Source of the DNA: Paecilomyces variotii
Taxonomy: Eukaryota
Strand: one strand, 5' to 3'
DNA length: 64,000 bases
Assembly: GCA_004022145.1 (NCBI GenBank)
Contig: RCNU01000006.1
The notes under the pieces were generated by a model. That model ran no database searches. It saw only the letters and a program-made list of their open reading frames with translations, and was not told where the DNA came from. Position 1 is the first letter of the stretch. Each line of letters begins with the position of its first letter. This document shows positions 24,701-37,990 of this stretch, piece after piece. The translations under genes were made by a program, and so were the position numbers.

Positions 24701-27700
24701 CAGGGTTCCAGAATCCTCGTGGAAAAAACAGAGGAAAAGGCTATCGTCTTTGCTGTGCATCTCCCCTTGCTTTGATAACGACGTATTATTATTGTCTCAG
24801 TTCTGTATCTAAATACTGTACGTACTTATGATTTAACGGGTCCATGATGTAAAACGCGTTGTTGCTTCGGGTAGACTGCAGAGCATTGACTTCGTAACGA
24901 CACTTGTGCAAGGAACCGGATATGCAGGTGCATCTTGCAGCTTCGCGGTAAGGAGAGAGCGGCGAAAGAGAACCGTTTACTACCTTAATAATACTCCAAG
25001 AAGCGATTTCAGTGATGTAAACATAAGTACCATAATCCATGCATATGCTATATATAGAGAGCCATGCACGCGGACTCGCGCAGTAAGACATACTTAACCC
25101 CTGACCTAAGGATCGAACGCATGGACTGGAGGATGATATGTTGCAACTGGCAATTTCATTATTTGATTCATCTGGTAATGTTAATAGCGAGTTTTACTGT
25201 CAACTATGCTTAACGACCGTCCACGTTGTACAGTACATAATACACTGTTCGGTCGGATGGCTGGAGACGGGACGGACGCCACATAATATAGTGATATCAA
25301 ATGCATTGAAACGCTTTCGTGTAAAACTACCTGTCTGCTTTTTCGAAATGTAGCTTTAGGATCACGGTCGTACGTCGTGTTGTAAGTGTCCAAAACTGTT
25401 TCGTGGCACTTGATAGACTTGATACGAGTCTAGTGTTCCTTGTTGAGTCGCTAACATCCCGTCAGGGTCCGGTAGGTTGGATTACCTAGAGGTTTTGCTT
25501 TCATGCGCACGTTTCAGACGAGTAAGTAGTAGCTGAGTAAAGAAAGGACATCTGGTGTGGCACAGCGGATTAGAATTCTTATTATTATCATGGCCTTCTG
25601 GAAGGATGATCCTTACATGAACCATGCAAGCTTCCGGGAGTGATGCCGCGAAGGGCAAAAGCCCAAAGTAAACTCCACTGCTTGAGGCTAGGTGGCTCAT
25701 GATTTACGAGGTTTACGCTGCAACATGTCGTTGTGTCCCCTATTGCCCTGCATATGTTTCGACGAATCCTATCCAATCATTTGTCGAAAAGACAGGACGG
25801 AACGACGGCGGATGGGACATGTCAGGTGGCTAGGTATAATCCATGTCTTTATCACTGCGATCATATTGCAGACTAGACTACCCATCATCTGCCACTTCTG
25901 TTTCCTCCCCCATCTGTGGAAATTGGGGCGAAGTTGGAACAATGGTTTGATCATAATCATTCTAATAAATAAATATAGATAATGCCGGTTGAGTATTATT
26001 ATCATTATCATCATTCAAACGATCTGCGCTTACCGCGAAGGGTCGAGGGAAAAGGGGCGCCTCGCCGTCGTAAGTAAACTTTCCCGTACCGTACCTAAGC
26101 CGAAGCAGCTATCTATGCCTCGAAACACCGGAAGCGATCTACAGCAAGAAATAATCATCATAAACAGGGGTAAATCAGTCAAAGCAGAATTGAGAGCAGG
26201 CAGCAGCTGTTGGACTTAGTGATCAGACACGCGCTCATCAAGAATTTTGCTACGAGAGTACTCCGTACTGCTGCAGTGCTGCCATAGTTCTGGAAGACTC
26301 GAGATTATCGTCAATGCTGGGGAATGGCGTTAGCAACCGTCGCTTTAAGCAGATTACGACCGCTGCTAACATGTCTCTACTACGGGAACCAACATGTACA
26401 GGAAAGCCACCGTATCCTAATCGTGTTCCATCTCCTGATATCGTTAGCTTAGGAGAGCTCTAGACCCAGGAACAAGGATCTGACGTGAAGCTGGCGGCTG
26501 GTGTTGGGCCCTACGGCCCTACAGCAAGAAGGATCGTTCATGATTGCAAGGGAAATATAATCTCACATGTAGGAATAACTACATACCTCATGGCTGGATG
26601 GATTCTAGATAAAGCGGCTGTGCAGTTGCAAGGGAGCAGCACAGCAGCAGCAGCCGCAGCTTGGAGCAGACGGATAGGATTGCACCCCCAGTACCGTAAT
26701 TTTAGTTAAGCCCGGCTGTGGCCCGGTGCAGGCCATGCGGCGGGATCCAACCAGTTGGAGCCGGGGCTGTCCGGCGGCTAAATGGCCAAGGGGATTCGAT
26801 CTGCCGCGGATCAACCAGATCATGGGACATCCTGACCAAAGAGTTAGCTGCAAATAATGGGTTTTTGCTCTCTAGAGTAAACAAAGGACCTGAACTCTGT
26901 TGCAATCTATTATACACTCCGACAGGCAGGTGACAGATAACGGTGGTTTGAAAGTGATGATTCTCTCAAAGAGGGTTTCTGTATCGCGCCGGTCGAACCG
27001 CTTCCCCGGCATCCCTTGCTTCGTCCCAGCAAAGTATATCAATCTACAGTACAGTACATACTGCAATAGCGTAGGGACCTCGGTTACAATAACTACGCTG
27101 TGAACACGAGATGGAAAATCTCTTGTGGCATGTTCGGGTTCTTGCGTGTCCTTTGTCTAAATCATGGCGAAGAATTGACACAAGCAAATAAAGGAACCGA
27201 ATAGACACAACACAACAGCCACAAACTAATATTCTAGAAAGTGCCATTCATCCGGAACTTTGTTGTCATCTTCAAAAGCTCTCCCGTAATCTATGTCACT
27301 TCTTCAATGTGGCACAGAACCAACACAATGCATGCTGAAGAAGTAAGGGTTCCGGGTTCCTACAGCGAAACAGTTGCAGAGTCCACTGCTTAGGATATAG
27401 TAGTACATACATACATGGCAGCATCGTTAGAATGAAGTGCCATATATGAAATGGCTGGTCGAATCAGAGAACCAGCTCTATTGTCGGTAAAGATGACCAC
27501 TTGACCGCTGTTTCCACATCTACTCATAGCACGAATAAGAGAAGGGACTCCGTTCTGTAGGGCTCTGTTTACATGCAACGCCGTCCGATCTTCTTCTAGA
27601 CCAGCGAGTAATTGTCTGTGGATCTAGACCCTTTGAGGATTATCATGCATTTGACGATAAAAAAAAAGGCATTCTTTGTAGAACCGCGCTACCAGATAGA

Positions 27701-28632
27701 CAACATGTCACCTTACGAAGCGACTGATGTAAGGGTCAAAGGAAGATCTTAACCATGGCCAAATACCGTCTTTGATGTCTTGATTCTATTTCCTCGACGA
27801 AGTTCGTGTCGATGATACCTGTCGAGGCGCACCCCGCATCAACCGGGGAGACATTCCTATCACCGCGACTCTTAATAATAGTGGATAACTAACTAGATAA
27901 AAATGAAAGCGGAAACCCCATATCAAAAGAACCGGTGATGCGCCAGTGTAGAGTAGTTCCACTCACGGCTGCAGCCTGGAACTACTGCAGGAATGAGACG
28001 TGATGGGCTATCCAAGTGTTCAGGGTAAACCTGGTTTATGGACGAACAGGCGTGTCGGTTCGCCAGACGCGGTGGTAGAGCCTGGGACGCGAGCGTATTT
28101 TCATTTCTGCCAAATGGAGTTAAGATGGGGTTACAGAGCGGCTCATCCAAGATGTGGAAGGGCTGAGGACCCCAACCGTCCCGGTTCTGCGGGTTAAGTG
28201 ATCAGGATTCCTTTGCGAGTCGCGCGAGAGCGCGTACGATACCACAGAATATTAGCGGCGGCGCAGAGGCTGCATGGCATCAACAGCAGTATCGGAGGCT
28301 GCAGAAGAGCAAGCGTCCGGTATCAATCTGACGCAGCTTGGGAGAGATTAATATTACTGTTCTAGGCGAACTGGCTTTTGAGCCGGATGGGGGGTGATGC
28401 GATTAGCGGCCACTGGCTGACCGGTTCTCTCTCTCTTCTGCGACGGGGATCATCCCCCACTAAGTTGTACTGAGCAAGCGTCTTGGTAGTACTACTACTA
28501 ATTAGATACTCGTCGCGCGCTGAACCGTGGAGGTTTAGAGAGTTTTTTTCAGGAGGCTCCAAGCCGGTTCTTACGAAGGTCCGGAAATCGTGGAGAAACG
28601 ACTTGTCTACGGTACTGGTGCGCTTGACCCTG

Positions 28633-28656
28633 AAATAATAATAATAATAATAATTA
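28633..28656. repeat. (AAT)n microsatellite
   Basis: aataataataataataataattaatta run. Confidence 0.85.
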
Positions 28657-29439
28657 ATTACATACATCCGCACCCTGGAAACGCTCTTTTATTCTCCGCC
28701 CAGGGGTCGCGCATCAGGATGATGATGAGCAGCCGCTTGTGGGGGGACGAAGTAGCAGCGACAGTGAATGCATGATATGCTCGAAAGAGGGTCTCTCTCT
28801 CCTGAAAGGCTCAGGCTTCCTTTTTTTTTGCGACCGCCAAAACTGGGGCGGTGTCGAGCACTTACCGTGCTGGCAGTCGCTCCGCGTTCAGGCCCCATGA
28901 GGCAGACCCTGCCAGGTTCTGACTTTACTACTACTGAGTTCAACGTCCTGCGCGAGTAATCAAGCAGCATTCGGTCGCAGCTTCATGGAGCCACTCGCTG
29001 GGATACCCGCGCGTAGATAGTGTAGAACTATTACGCCGTACACAGGCGCGGTCGAGCCAGGCAGTGGTCTTGCGTCCAACTGTATGGGCGTACGAAACCC
29101 CCCCGTATGTATTATTGTATACAATAATAATAATACCTGCTCACTGACGTTGGTTTCCATACGCCGGCGCAGAAAGCCCCCCGAGACGGCGGCTCTCCAG
29201 CGGCAGCCAATCGCTCTCCCATCCTAGGCTGATGGAGACCAAAACCAGCCAAGCAGCGCTGGTGGTCTGGTACTGGTCCGGGACGAGACGAAACGAGACG
29301 GAACCGTACGGACGGCGGTGAGCCTCTTGCCGTACCCGTAATCCGATACCCATACACCCTGACACCGTCACGTCTTACCATACGGCGCGGGCAGCGAACG
29401 CTCGAACAGAGAAGGTCCAGGGACCTCAACCTCTCGTCT

Positions 29440-31440
29440 CGGTTCTCTTGATCTCTTCTCCTTCTCTCCTCTACACCCGCCTGGAGAGAGAAACTCCCTC
29501 CTCACCTTTCTCTCCCTCTCCTCCTTCATCTCCGCCTCTTGTTCTCTCCTCCTCTCTTCCTTCCGCCAAAATCTTGGAGAGATCTGAGACTGATCCATTG
29601 GCTGTGATCTGTCGACTGGACCATCCGGTTGACACCGCATCCTGCCTGCTGCATCAGTTCTCCAGTCGAGCCGTGTCCGTCAGTTCTGCTCCGACGTTCC
29701 CCCCTCTTCGACGCCTGTGAAGCTCTCGTCGAGTCTCCAGTTTCGATTCCTTCCTCTACCCTCGAGTCAACGGTGCCATCGCGTTCCGTAACGATCGACG
29801 GTAGTCTTCCTTGTATACAGCTCCTGCCGGTTAGACGAGCGAAATACACAGGAACAGAAAAGAAGGAATTCTTCTTTGGCTGCTTTTTTCCTGGCCTTTT
29901 TCGATTTTTCTGTGTATATGATTCGGTGTTGTGTCTTTTGAGAGGTAAGGGTGCCCTCTTTTTTTCCTTGTGTCTGCAATTTTATACCCCCCGCTCCGAG
30001 TTCAATCTCGAGATATCATGGCATACCCACCGATCGAGCTTCGAAATGCTTCACTGCGTCCGCCTGGAATATATAATCTGGAATCGGAGATAATTTTTCA
30101 CCCGTGGTCATGAGTCTTGTCCATCATCGGTTCATCATCCCCTGGGCTGCGGAGCCCCAGAGCTTCATTAAATCGAGCTTCGTCAGCTTTGATATCAGTC
30201 TAAGGAAGCCTTGCACATCGAGGATTTGGTAAAGATAACGGTGCATGAGAATTGGGACCGCGCTGGAGGGCATCTCATTCCTTGAAGAGGGAGGTACACG
30301 GGTATGCCACTGCGAGACCCGTGTAAGGTAGCGTGTTAGGAAGAAACGTCGAGTAGTCGACGTACCGTTAACTTTAGGCATAGCCAAAGGGCCAGCCGTG
30401 AGGTTAACATAAAGGAGGTCGCGACAGGATAGTGGTGTGTGGGCATTCGCTCGGTCGGCTATCTTCTGGGAATGAGAGTCTCAGTCCTCACATACCTCAG
30501 TGCACAACGCGCTCTCCTTCCACTCGGACAATATCTTCGACAGACTTCTTAGAGCGCAGTACATGCCGAGAGAATAAGCTAACGCACTCGTCTCCTGCAG
30601 AAAGTTTCTCGACCTGTAAAAATCCGCATCGTTTTTTCCCTTGTGGACCATTTTTTCAGCCGTTGAACAGCTCTCTGGACGTACCTATCTCAGGTCTGTA
30701 CCAGATAATTGAACGACGTGAGTCTTCAAAAGTGTACGTCTTGATCATTCTTCGCGTGCATAATACCTCCCCTGACAATCTGCCCCTAGATAGGGTTGTC
30801 CCTGTCCCGCTGGTGTTCCCCACATTCCGCGGCACATACAGGCCTGCACGCCTAAGTTATCGGATCGAAGGGGTGGAGGCGTTGACTCGTGCTTCATCTC
30901 TTGACCGGTATCCTACAGCCAGTTCCTCAGGTTCATTCCTGCGTCCTGTCCCAGCCTAGATGCCAGACTCGCCGTCACGGTAAGGGTTGCAACGTGCCCT
31001 CTGCCTGAAGGCCTTTATTCTGGGTTAGTACCACTCGTCAAGGAGACCTCCTTCTACCTCGCTTCACTTGCTTTTTAGCCTGGCTGTTCCCTTCATACAT
31101 GTCCCCTGTATTCCCGAAATCTAATCCTTAGCTTCTAAATACCACCTGCTAATGAGATCCTCGCACGTTCTAGCTTAGGCCAAGCAGACTTATATCTGGG
31201 TCCTGGCCACCTTCGACTGCAGTGTGCGGACTATTGTCGACACTGACCTCTCATTAATATTGTTTTCCAACTAATTCCAATCCTTATTTGCATTTTAATT
31301 CGACGACTGTCATTCTCTTAATTCCGTCGTTTCCTGATAGACACACCTTGGTGTTTCAGGTCCTCTCATTTCGGAATCTCGACACCGAATCTACCATTAA
31401 TCTTCGACAACCGGATAACTTATCGGAGGATATTGCAAGC
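29440..31440 (+). promoter_or_regulatory. Long, probably multi-intron 5' leader of the G1 cyclin gene
   Basis: CT-rich initiation-like tract ~29440-29570; candidate introns 29945-30600 (GTAAGG..GCTAAC..CAG), 30734-30918 (GTACGT..TTGAC..CAG), 30980-31173 (GTAAGG..GCTAAT..TAG), weaker 31222/31224-31340. Confidence 0.5.
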
Positions 31441-32761
31441 ATGGCTTATCAACAACGTCACGCTCACAAATATCAACCGTGCGATAGCTTCTTCGTGGAA
31501 ACATACGAAGATTTCCCTGCTCCTCACATGGATCCCAAGGAACACGCAAAGCTCATTGCTCGGGAACGTCAATACGCCATGGCAGACGAGCTGTCGAGAC
31601 AGGCTAGCGAGGAGTACCAGGATGATATCCTGAGCCACATGCTTGAGATGGATGTTAGTTTCCCTTCATATGTGATCTTGGAAGTGAGTCCGTGTTGGTG
31701 TCACATTGGCTAACCCCTATTTCTTCCAGACGGCTACGCTTCCCGATGTCGACTCGATTGACATTCAAACGGAGATCCAGTGGTTCATGCGCCCGTATCT
31801 GCTTGACTTCTTGATCGAAGCGCACACCGCATTCCAGCTCTTGCCGGCCACTCTCTTCCTGACCATCAACCTCCTCGACAGATACTGCTCGAAGCGTGTT
31901 GTGTACAAGAGACATTACCAGCTCGTTGGCTGTGCAGCACTCCTCATCGCCGCCAAGTACGGAGACAAGAAGGACCGTGTTCCCACAATCAAGGAGCTGA
32001 AGTCGATGTGCTGCTCTCTGTACGATGACGACATGTTCATCCAGATGGAGTGGCACGTTCTGCAGACGCTGGGATGGACCATTGGACACCCGACTGTCGA
32101 CAGCTTTCTTCAGATCGCCGTCATCGATACTCCCTACGACCCGGAAGTAGAGCATCTTGCACTGTACATCCTCGAGATTTCCCTCTTCCACCGGGAGTTC
32201 GTGTCCAAGCCTTCGGCTGACCTTTCCAGGGCAGCCTTGGCTCTCTCTCGCTGCATCCTGAATCGGCCTCAACCTCGTCACACCGAATGGGCTGCGAACT
32301 ACGATTCGATGACCTTGGTTGGATTGTCTCAGCAGTTGCATCAACCGTCACAAGTGTTGGCCCGGAAGTACTCTTCTGCCCATTACTCCCGCGTCTCGAA
32401 GCTTCTCGAGCAGTTCCTCGCCCGCCAGGCCTCCATTGCCAGTTCGTACACTCCACCTTCGCCGCCTTCGGAAGTCCCAGAGAACTCGAAGCCTTACAAC
32501 GGAGAGATTGGTTTGGCCACTCCTCAGAAGCAGCAGTATTCTGGAAACATGCCTAATGGATATCTCACCCCGCCAATCACGCCTGAGAATGAGGCATTTA
32601 CCAACGCCCAAGCGAAGGGGGTAGCTAACCCCTGTCCTCCCTCTCCCACCCCGCCCCCGACCGTCCAATACTCGAATTCACACGAATATCAAGCTGCGCG
32701 TTCTTATGGGCAGCAGGCGTACCCTCAACAGCCTCAGGTGGGATTTAGCTCTGCCTTCTAA
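31441..32761 (+). CDS. G1/S-type cyclin (Cln/Puc1-like), 2 exons, 414 aa
   Basis: Exons 31441-31653 and 31730-32761; cyclin box IQWFMRPYLLDFLIEAH..TLFLTINLLDRY..YQLVGCAALLIAAKY..FIQMEWHVLQTLGW; PEST tail with TPPSPP and LTPPITP CDK/phosphodegron motifs. Confidence 0.93.
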
Positions 32762-35389
32762 GCAGAAGCTTCGACATCAGGATATGCGGTGGAACGTTGG
32801 AAATCCCGAGCGTATTAAAACTGCGTATTAATCTTGTGGGCCAGCCTGATTCGCTGACCCGCAGCGTTCATACTTAGAGGATCTATGTGTCCCTTGCTAT
32901 TCTTCTAATCCATGATATCTGGGTGTGCCATTTTTTTGTGCATAGCCTCTGTGCCATAGTTATCCAACCTGAAATACCTGTCTATCATCGAAACGACCTC
33001 TGGTCCAAAATCTGTGACCTAGAATCTTCTGGTCGAATCTCGCATATCCCGTTTTTACATACCCCTTTCATTATGTTTTGTTCCCCGTCTTTTGCTGTTT
33101 CTTTTTTTACTCCTCACTCCTGTGTCTGTTCTATCACTGGCATTGCAAGCGCGAGTCTTTTCGAGTTTGAAATCAATTCTTCGTGTCTACAATTATTCTT
33201 TTTAAAAAATATCTTTGTTCTTGAGCAGTTTTTGTGCGAGCGCGTCCATGTACACTCCTGTGTGCCTAAAGTCCGGCCTTGTCTACTTTTGTTGTACCCC
33301 CTCTCTGCAAGATACCATTTGCATTACCGGCCTCGTGGAGGCCAAATTGAAAAAAAGGGGGAGTGGAACAGATTGAGAAAAGCGCACGGACGCCGAAAAA
33401 CAAAAAAGCATCCGTCTATTAGCCTGTAGGCATTACATTGCACCTGTGTGACCAAAGGGGGAGAGATGAAAACTGTTGCTGTCCGGTGTGGGATGGACTG
33501 AGGAAGCAAACCCAGAATGGAAAAGCAAGGTGGAAGGTGAAGATTGTTCATGTACGAGAGTACTAGTACTTCGACAGACAGATAGAAAAATACAAAAACA
33601 AGCATGGGTATTGCGAATCATGGTTTCCTACGAGTAAGAAGACTCCGCGTTCTGCAGACCGAGATGGGATATGAGGCCTCATCGGTACCTGACGATCTTC
33701 CATTCCACACACATGGATATCGCACCCTGCCGACGGACGGCCCGCGCGACCGTATATATGGTATCGGTTCCGAAGTACTGGCCCTGGAGTACCATATCTA
33801 CATGACTGGAATGCAACTTCGCGCTGTATGTACCTGTCAATCCTCTTCCATCCCTTGCGGTTTGTTCTTCGTGTTTCCACGGCATGCAATGCACAGTCAT
33901 ATAGCAGCTGGCATCGCGACGCGAGCTGATTGATATCTTCAGCTCGGTCTGGACGGCCAGATCTGCTCATCCATCAAAGGAATTTTTTTGCTCAGAATGC
34001 TGCCATCTATTTACCTTGCAGTACAAAGGACCATACTTCCACTCCAACGAAGGACGAAGGACGAAAGGATGACTGGGAAAGCTCTGGTCCCCGATGTCCT
34101 GATTGGGCCATCGACAGACCAGCGAGGCCGTGAAGATCTCGGGTGCGTTTCTGCAGCCGGTCCTCGTCCCTAAAGCCAACCATCATGTCTTGTGAGCGGA
34201 CATCGCTTCGACCGTAGGATGATTTCTGATTGCTGACTGCCTCATCCCTATCTAAGTAGAAACTGCCGGGCAATCCTGCATTATTGAGTCAGTTCGCCGG
34301 TGCTCGCCGCCAAGAGCAAGTGATCTTCATCCATCGCCTGTTTCCAAGCCAAAGCTTAAGGATGAAGCTAAGGAGGATCGTGGATCCACCGGTCCTCACG
34401 ATCCTTCAGCCAGCCAGCCATCGAGGAGTTCTTCACGAACACCACTTGTCATTTATTCTTCTTCTCTCGACGGGAAGACCTCGGTCTCATCGCGGCCCCA
34501 CGCTTGCTCCACGGTTCATTCGTCCTTATGATCTCGTGCATCTTGAAATCCTAGTCTAGTCGGGGGTTCGCAGGGCAGCATGCAGGATCATGGATGAGAC
34601 ATCGAACCGCTGAGCCATGCGTCGACAAGACAAGAAAAGCTCTTTAAACACTGGTGATAGATATGTAACATCTGAAAACGAGGGCATCTTCCCTTTATCT
34701 CCCTATCCCTGAAACCCTGAGCAAGAACAGCAACTGCACTCCTCGGGAACCCTTCGAAACGATCTTTTCCGCAGCTGGACGCATCATACTGCACGTGTCC
34801 GCGGCACCCTTAGACGTTATATCATCGCAGTATACCATGTCGAGTGGCCAGGATTGGTCCTGTAAGCTGAGTAAACCGGGTTAACAACAGCGAGTTCAGC
34901 GTTTCTCGGCATAGGCTGTAGCTAGGATGCCCCCCTCCGAGCATCATCCATCACTTCACTTATAAGCATCGTTAAAACGGGCGCGGGAGAAGGCGGGACC
35001 GGGCTCCAGCAGGACTGCCGAATAGACAGTCAAATCCTTTTCGTTGCTTTCGCCGTTCTTCACAGGCCCGGCGATCTCTTGGCCCCAAAAGTCTCCGAAT
35101 GACAACGCGACATTGCCTCCTGAGTCGGTAGCCGATGGCCTTCGAGAAGACCCCGATGTTCCCCGTTCGGTTGCCGTGATTGCTAGTGATACAGATATTA
35201 TTATCGCTCACTCGCCCACATTGCCAGACAGTACTTCGTAGTCAACTCAACTCTGCGTTGCTCAGTCCAGTGATGATGGTGTCGCCCGCTCGTCCTGTCC
35301 AGCGTTGATAAAGAGTTCAACCGGACAATACCTCTGTTCCTTAGTGCCTGTCTTTTTTGGCGACCATTCTCGACTGCGAAAATCTCAGG

Positions 35390-37011
35390 ATGGCATCAGA
35401 ATCCGATACGGAAGATTCGTCTTCGATCTTTACACGAACGACGGCGCCGACGGAATGGGATTCAGCAGACCAGATGGATCCTCGAGATGATGATAGCTTC
35501 TCCATTGGGACCTTGTATGTGCAGCCTCGCGCTATCATTCTGTAAAGCTCTGGGCGCAACTGCATCTGAATCAGCACGGGCCTTGGCTCGTAGTCAGTTA
35601 GCTAACAACGTATTCTCACACAGTGGGGAGGGGTCGACGTACTCTCTATCGTCGAGCGTTCTCAATTATCAGTACGAAGTATGATAGTCTAATTGAAAAG
35701 AGCCATTAACTACCACCCGATCGCTGACGAGCGCAATCCTTACAGCATGGGAGACGATATCATGCCTATCACGAGGGGAAGTATATAATGGTACTTTTGA
35801 ACACCATCCGCGGGAAACGAGGATGATTCGTTTGCTAACGAGGCAATCTAGCCGAATGATGACCAAGAGCAAAACAAGCTGTTCTTGGTATGTCTTTCTG
35901 ATCCGCCTTCTGCTTCGCGCGTTACACTAACTCTGGGGAAGATTCACCTTATGCACGAACTCGCATTTGATGGTAGGCTCCATCTTGCGCCGATATCCCC
36001 CGATCCGCAGAATGTCCTAGACGTGGGGACAGGCCGTGGAGATTGGGCGATCGATTTCGCAGAGTATGGATTCTCTTCTTCGTTTCGAAATGTATTTTCG
36101 AGAAAAGAATATAGTAGACTGATTGCGCATGCGCTTACAGGAATTATCCCTCTGCCAGGGTGATTGGCACCGATCTTAGTCCTATACAGCCATTATGGTA
36201 TGTCTTGACTGTCCACTGAACGATGTCTGCATTTGTCGCAAAGGAAAACTGATTGAAAGGAATAGGGTACCTCCGAACTTGACCTTCGAAGTCGACGACG
36301 CCGAAGATGACTGGCTATATACGCAGCAGTTTGACTACATCCATACGCGCACTCTATGCGGAGGTGTTCGTGACTGGCCGCGCTTCCATCGACAAGCATT
36401 CGAACACCTGAAACCAGGAGGCTGGCTGGAGATGCAGGAGAATGACGCTTGGTTTCAACGCGAGGATGGCACAATTCCAAAATGGTCGAAGATGTTCCTC
36501 GAAAAACTGGACGAGGCTAGTATACTCAACGGGACGCGATTGAATGTGGCCAGGGATCAGAAGCAGCATATGATCGATGCGGGTTTTGTCGACGTGCAGG
36601 ATGTAATCATCAAGGTACGTCCTGCAGTTTACTATCCTATCCCTACTATCTAGAGGAGCCATTCACTGATCTTCTGTGATGTGCAGCTACCGCTCGCTCC
36701 CTGGCACGAGGATCCAAAGATGAGAGAAATCGGCCGAATCCGTGGACAAGCGATGAACCAGGGCGTCGAAGGCTACAGTCTTGCCCTATACACCCGTCAT
36801 CTAGGTTGGAGTCCAGACGAAGTTCGGATCCTCCTTGCAAAAGTGCGCAGCGAATTTAACGATCTGAACAATCGCATGTACATCGCAGAGTGAGTTCTCT
36901 TTCTCAAATGGACGATTCAGATTCGTTTGAGATACTAATTCGCCCTTCAACAGACATGTCGTCTTCGGTCGCAAACCGGAAGACGCACCTGATACGCGAA
37001 TTTCCAGTTGA
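35390..37011 (+). CDS. LaeA-like (TAM/Methyltransf_23) class I SAM-dependent methyltransferase, 9 exons
   Basis: Exons 35390-35514, 35624-35678, 35746-35790, 35852-35887, 35942-36063, 36141-36197, 36266-36614, 36687-36889, 36954-37011; [69 protein letters not shown]. Confidence 0.9.
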
Positions 37012-37879
37012 TCGACTTCTCGGACCCTACCGTCCTTGCTCATTATGACACTCAATCTCGAAGCGTTTGCAAAAAAAGAAACACCACACTACTGCGATGG
37101 TATATAACCGCAAGTGCAGTCGATGAGCGGATCTACACCAAAAACAACCCCCTATTCTTCCCCTTCCCCCCGGGTTTTTATGATACCAAATCTCTCTTCT
37201 TTCTGACTATGTTTTATTACCCTCAAACCCATATGTTTCATTTTTGGTTTCCGGGGACCGCATTTTGGTAGGGATTCGAGCTGGAAGAAAATGCGGCAAG
37301 GGTCAAAAAAGAAGAGCATGCACTCTGCGCATAACGGCCAACCTGCGCATTATCACTACGCTCTTTCTTTTATTTTATTCTCAACACACCTTCATGGGCG
37401 GTGATTTGCTCTACAACATTGGCATGGCGCTGGGAATGGTTTCGGGAATTTTTGGAAAAGAGGCCATAGCCAGGGATATGAATACGAATTAGCGTAAATG
37501 GATTGATATGGAATGGAATGGATGGTTTTTATTTGATATAATCTTTTGGAATTTCTATAACTAAGGGGTCCCTTGGATTCTATTTTCGGGTCAAATTATT
37601 ATAGGGAAGAGAAAAAAAGAAAGGAAGAAAGGAAGAACTGAGTGAGTAATTAGTTACTTCTCGCTCCTCTTGTATCTTTGTTTCAGGAACGTATAAATAG
37701 TCGAGCTGATTATTGATATATCTATTTTGGTGAATTTGATTCTGGTTTAACGAAGACTAGCTACATGTAGATTACAATCTAGTTAGTTAATCCTGTTGCC
37801 TAGTAAGCTAGTTATGTTTTTATGTCAGGGTATATTTATTTCATTGGATCTTCGTTGGAGGCGTGTCACGAGTAATTCC

Positions 37880-37990
37880 TCTCTTTCTCTTTCTCTTTCT
37901 CTTTCTCTTTCTCTTTCATTTTTCCTTTTCTTCTCAAGAAAGAAGCTATTATTATTTAAACCGCACAAAAAAAAAAAAAAAAAAAAAAAA
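37880..37990. repeat. (TCTCTT)n microsatellite followed by a 25-nt poly(A) tract
   Basis: About six TCTCTT units at 37880-37917; A25 at 37966-37990. Confidence 0.9.

Noticed and set aside
31655..32344. 229-aa antisense ORF
   Set aside because: Shadow of the cyclin coding exon.
32887..33429. 180-aa ORF after the cyclin and TGCAT (Whi3-type) words
   Set aside because: Non-ATG start and T-rich 3' UTR composition; TGCAT count only marginally above chance.
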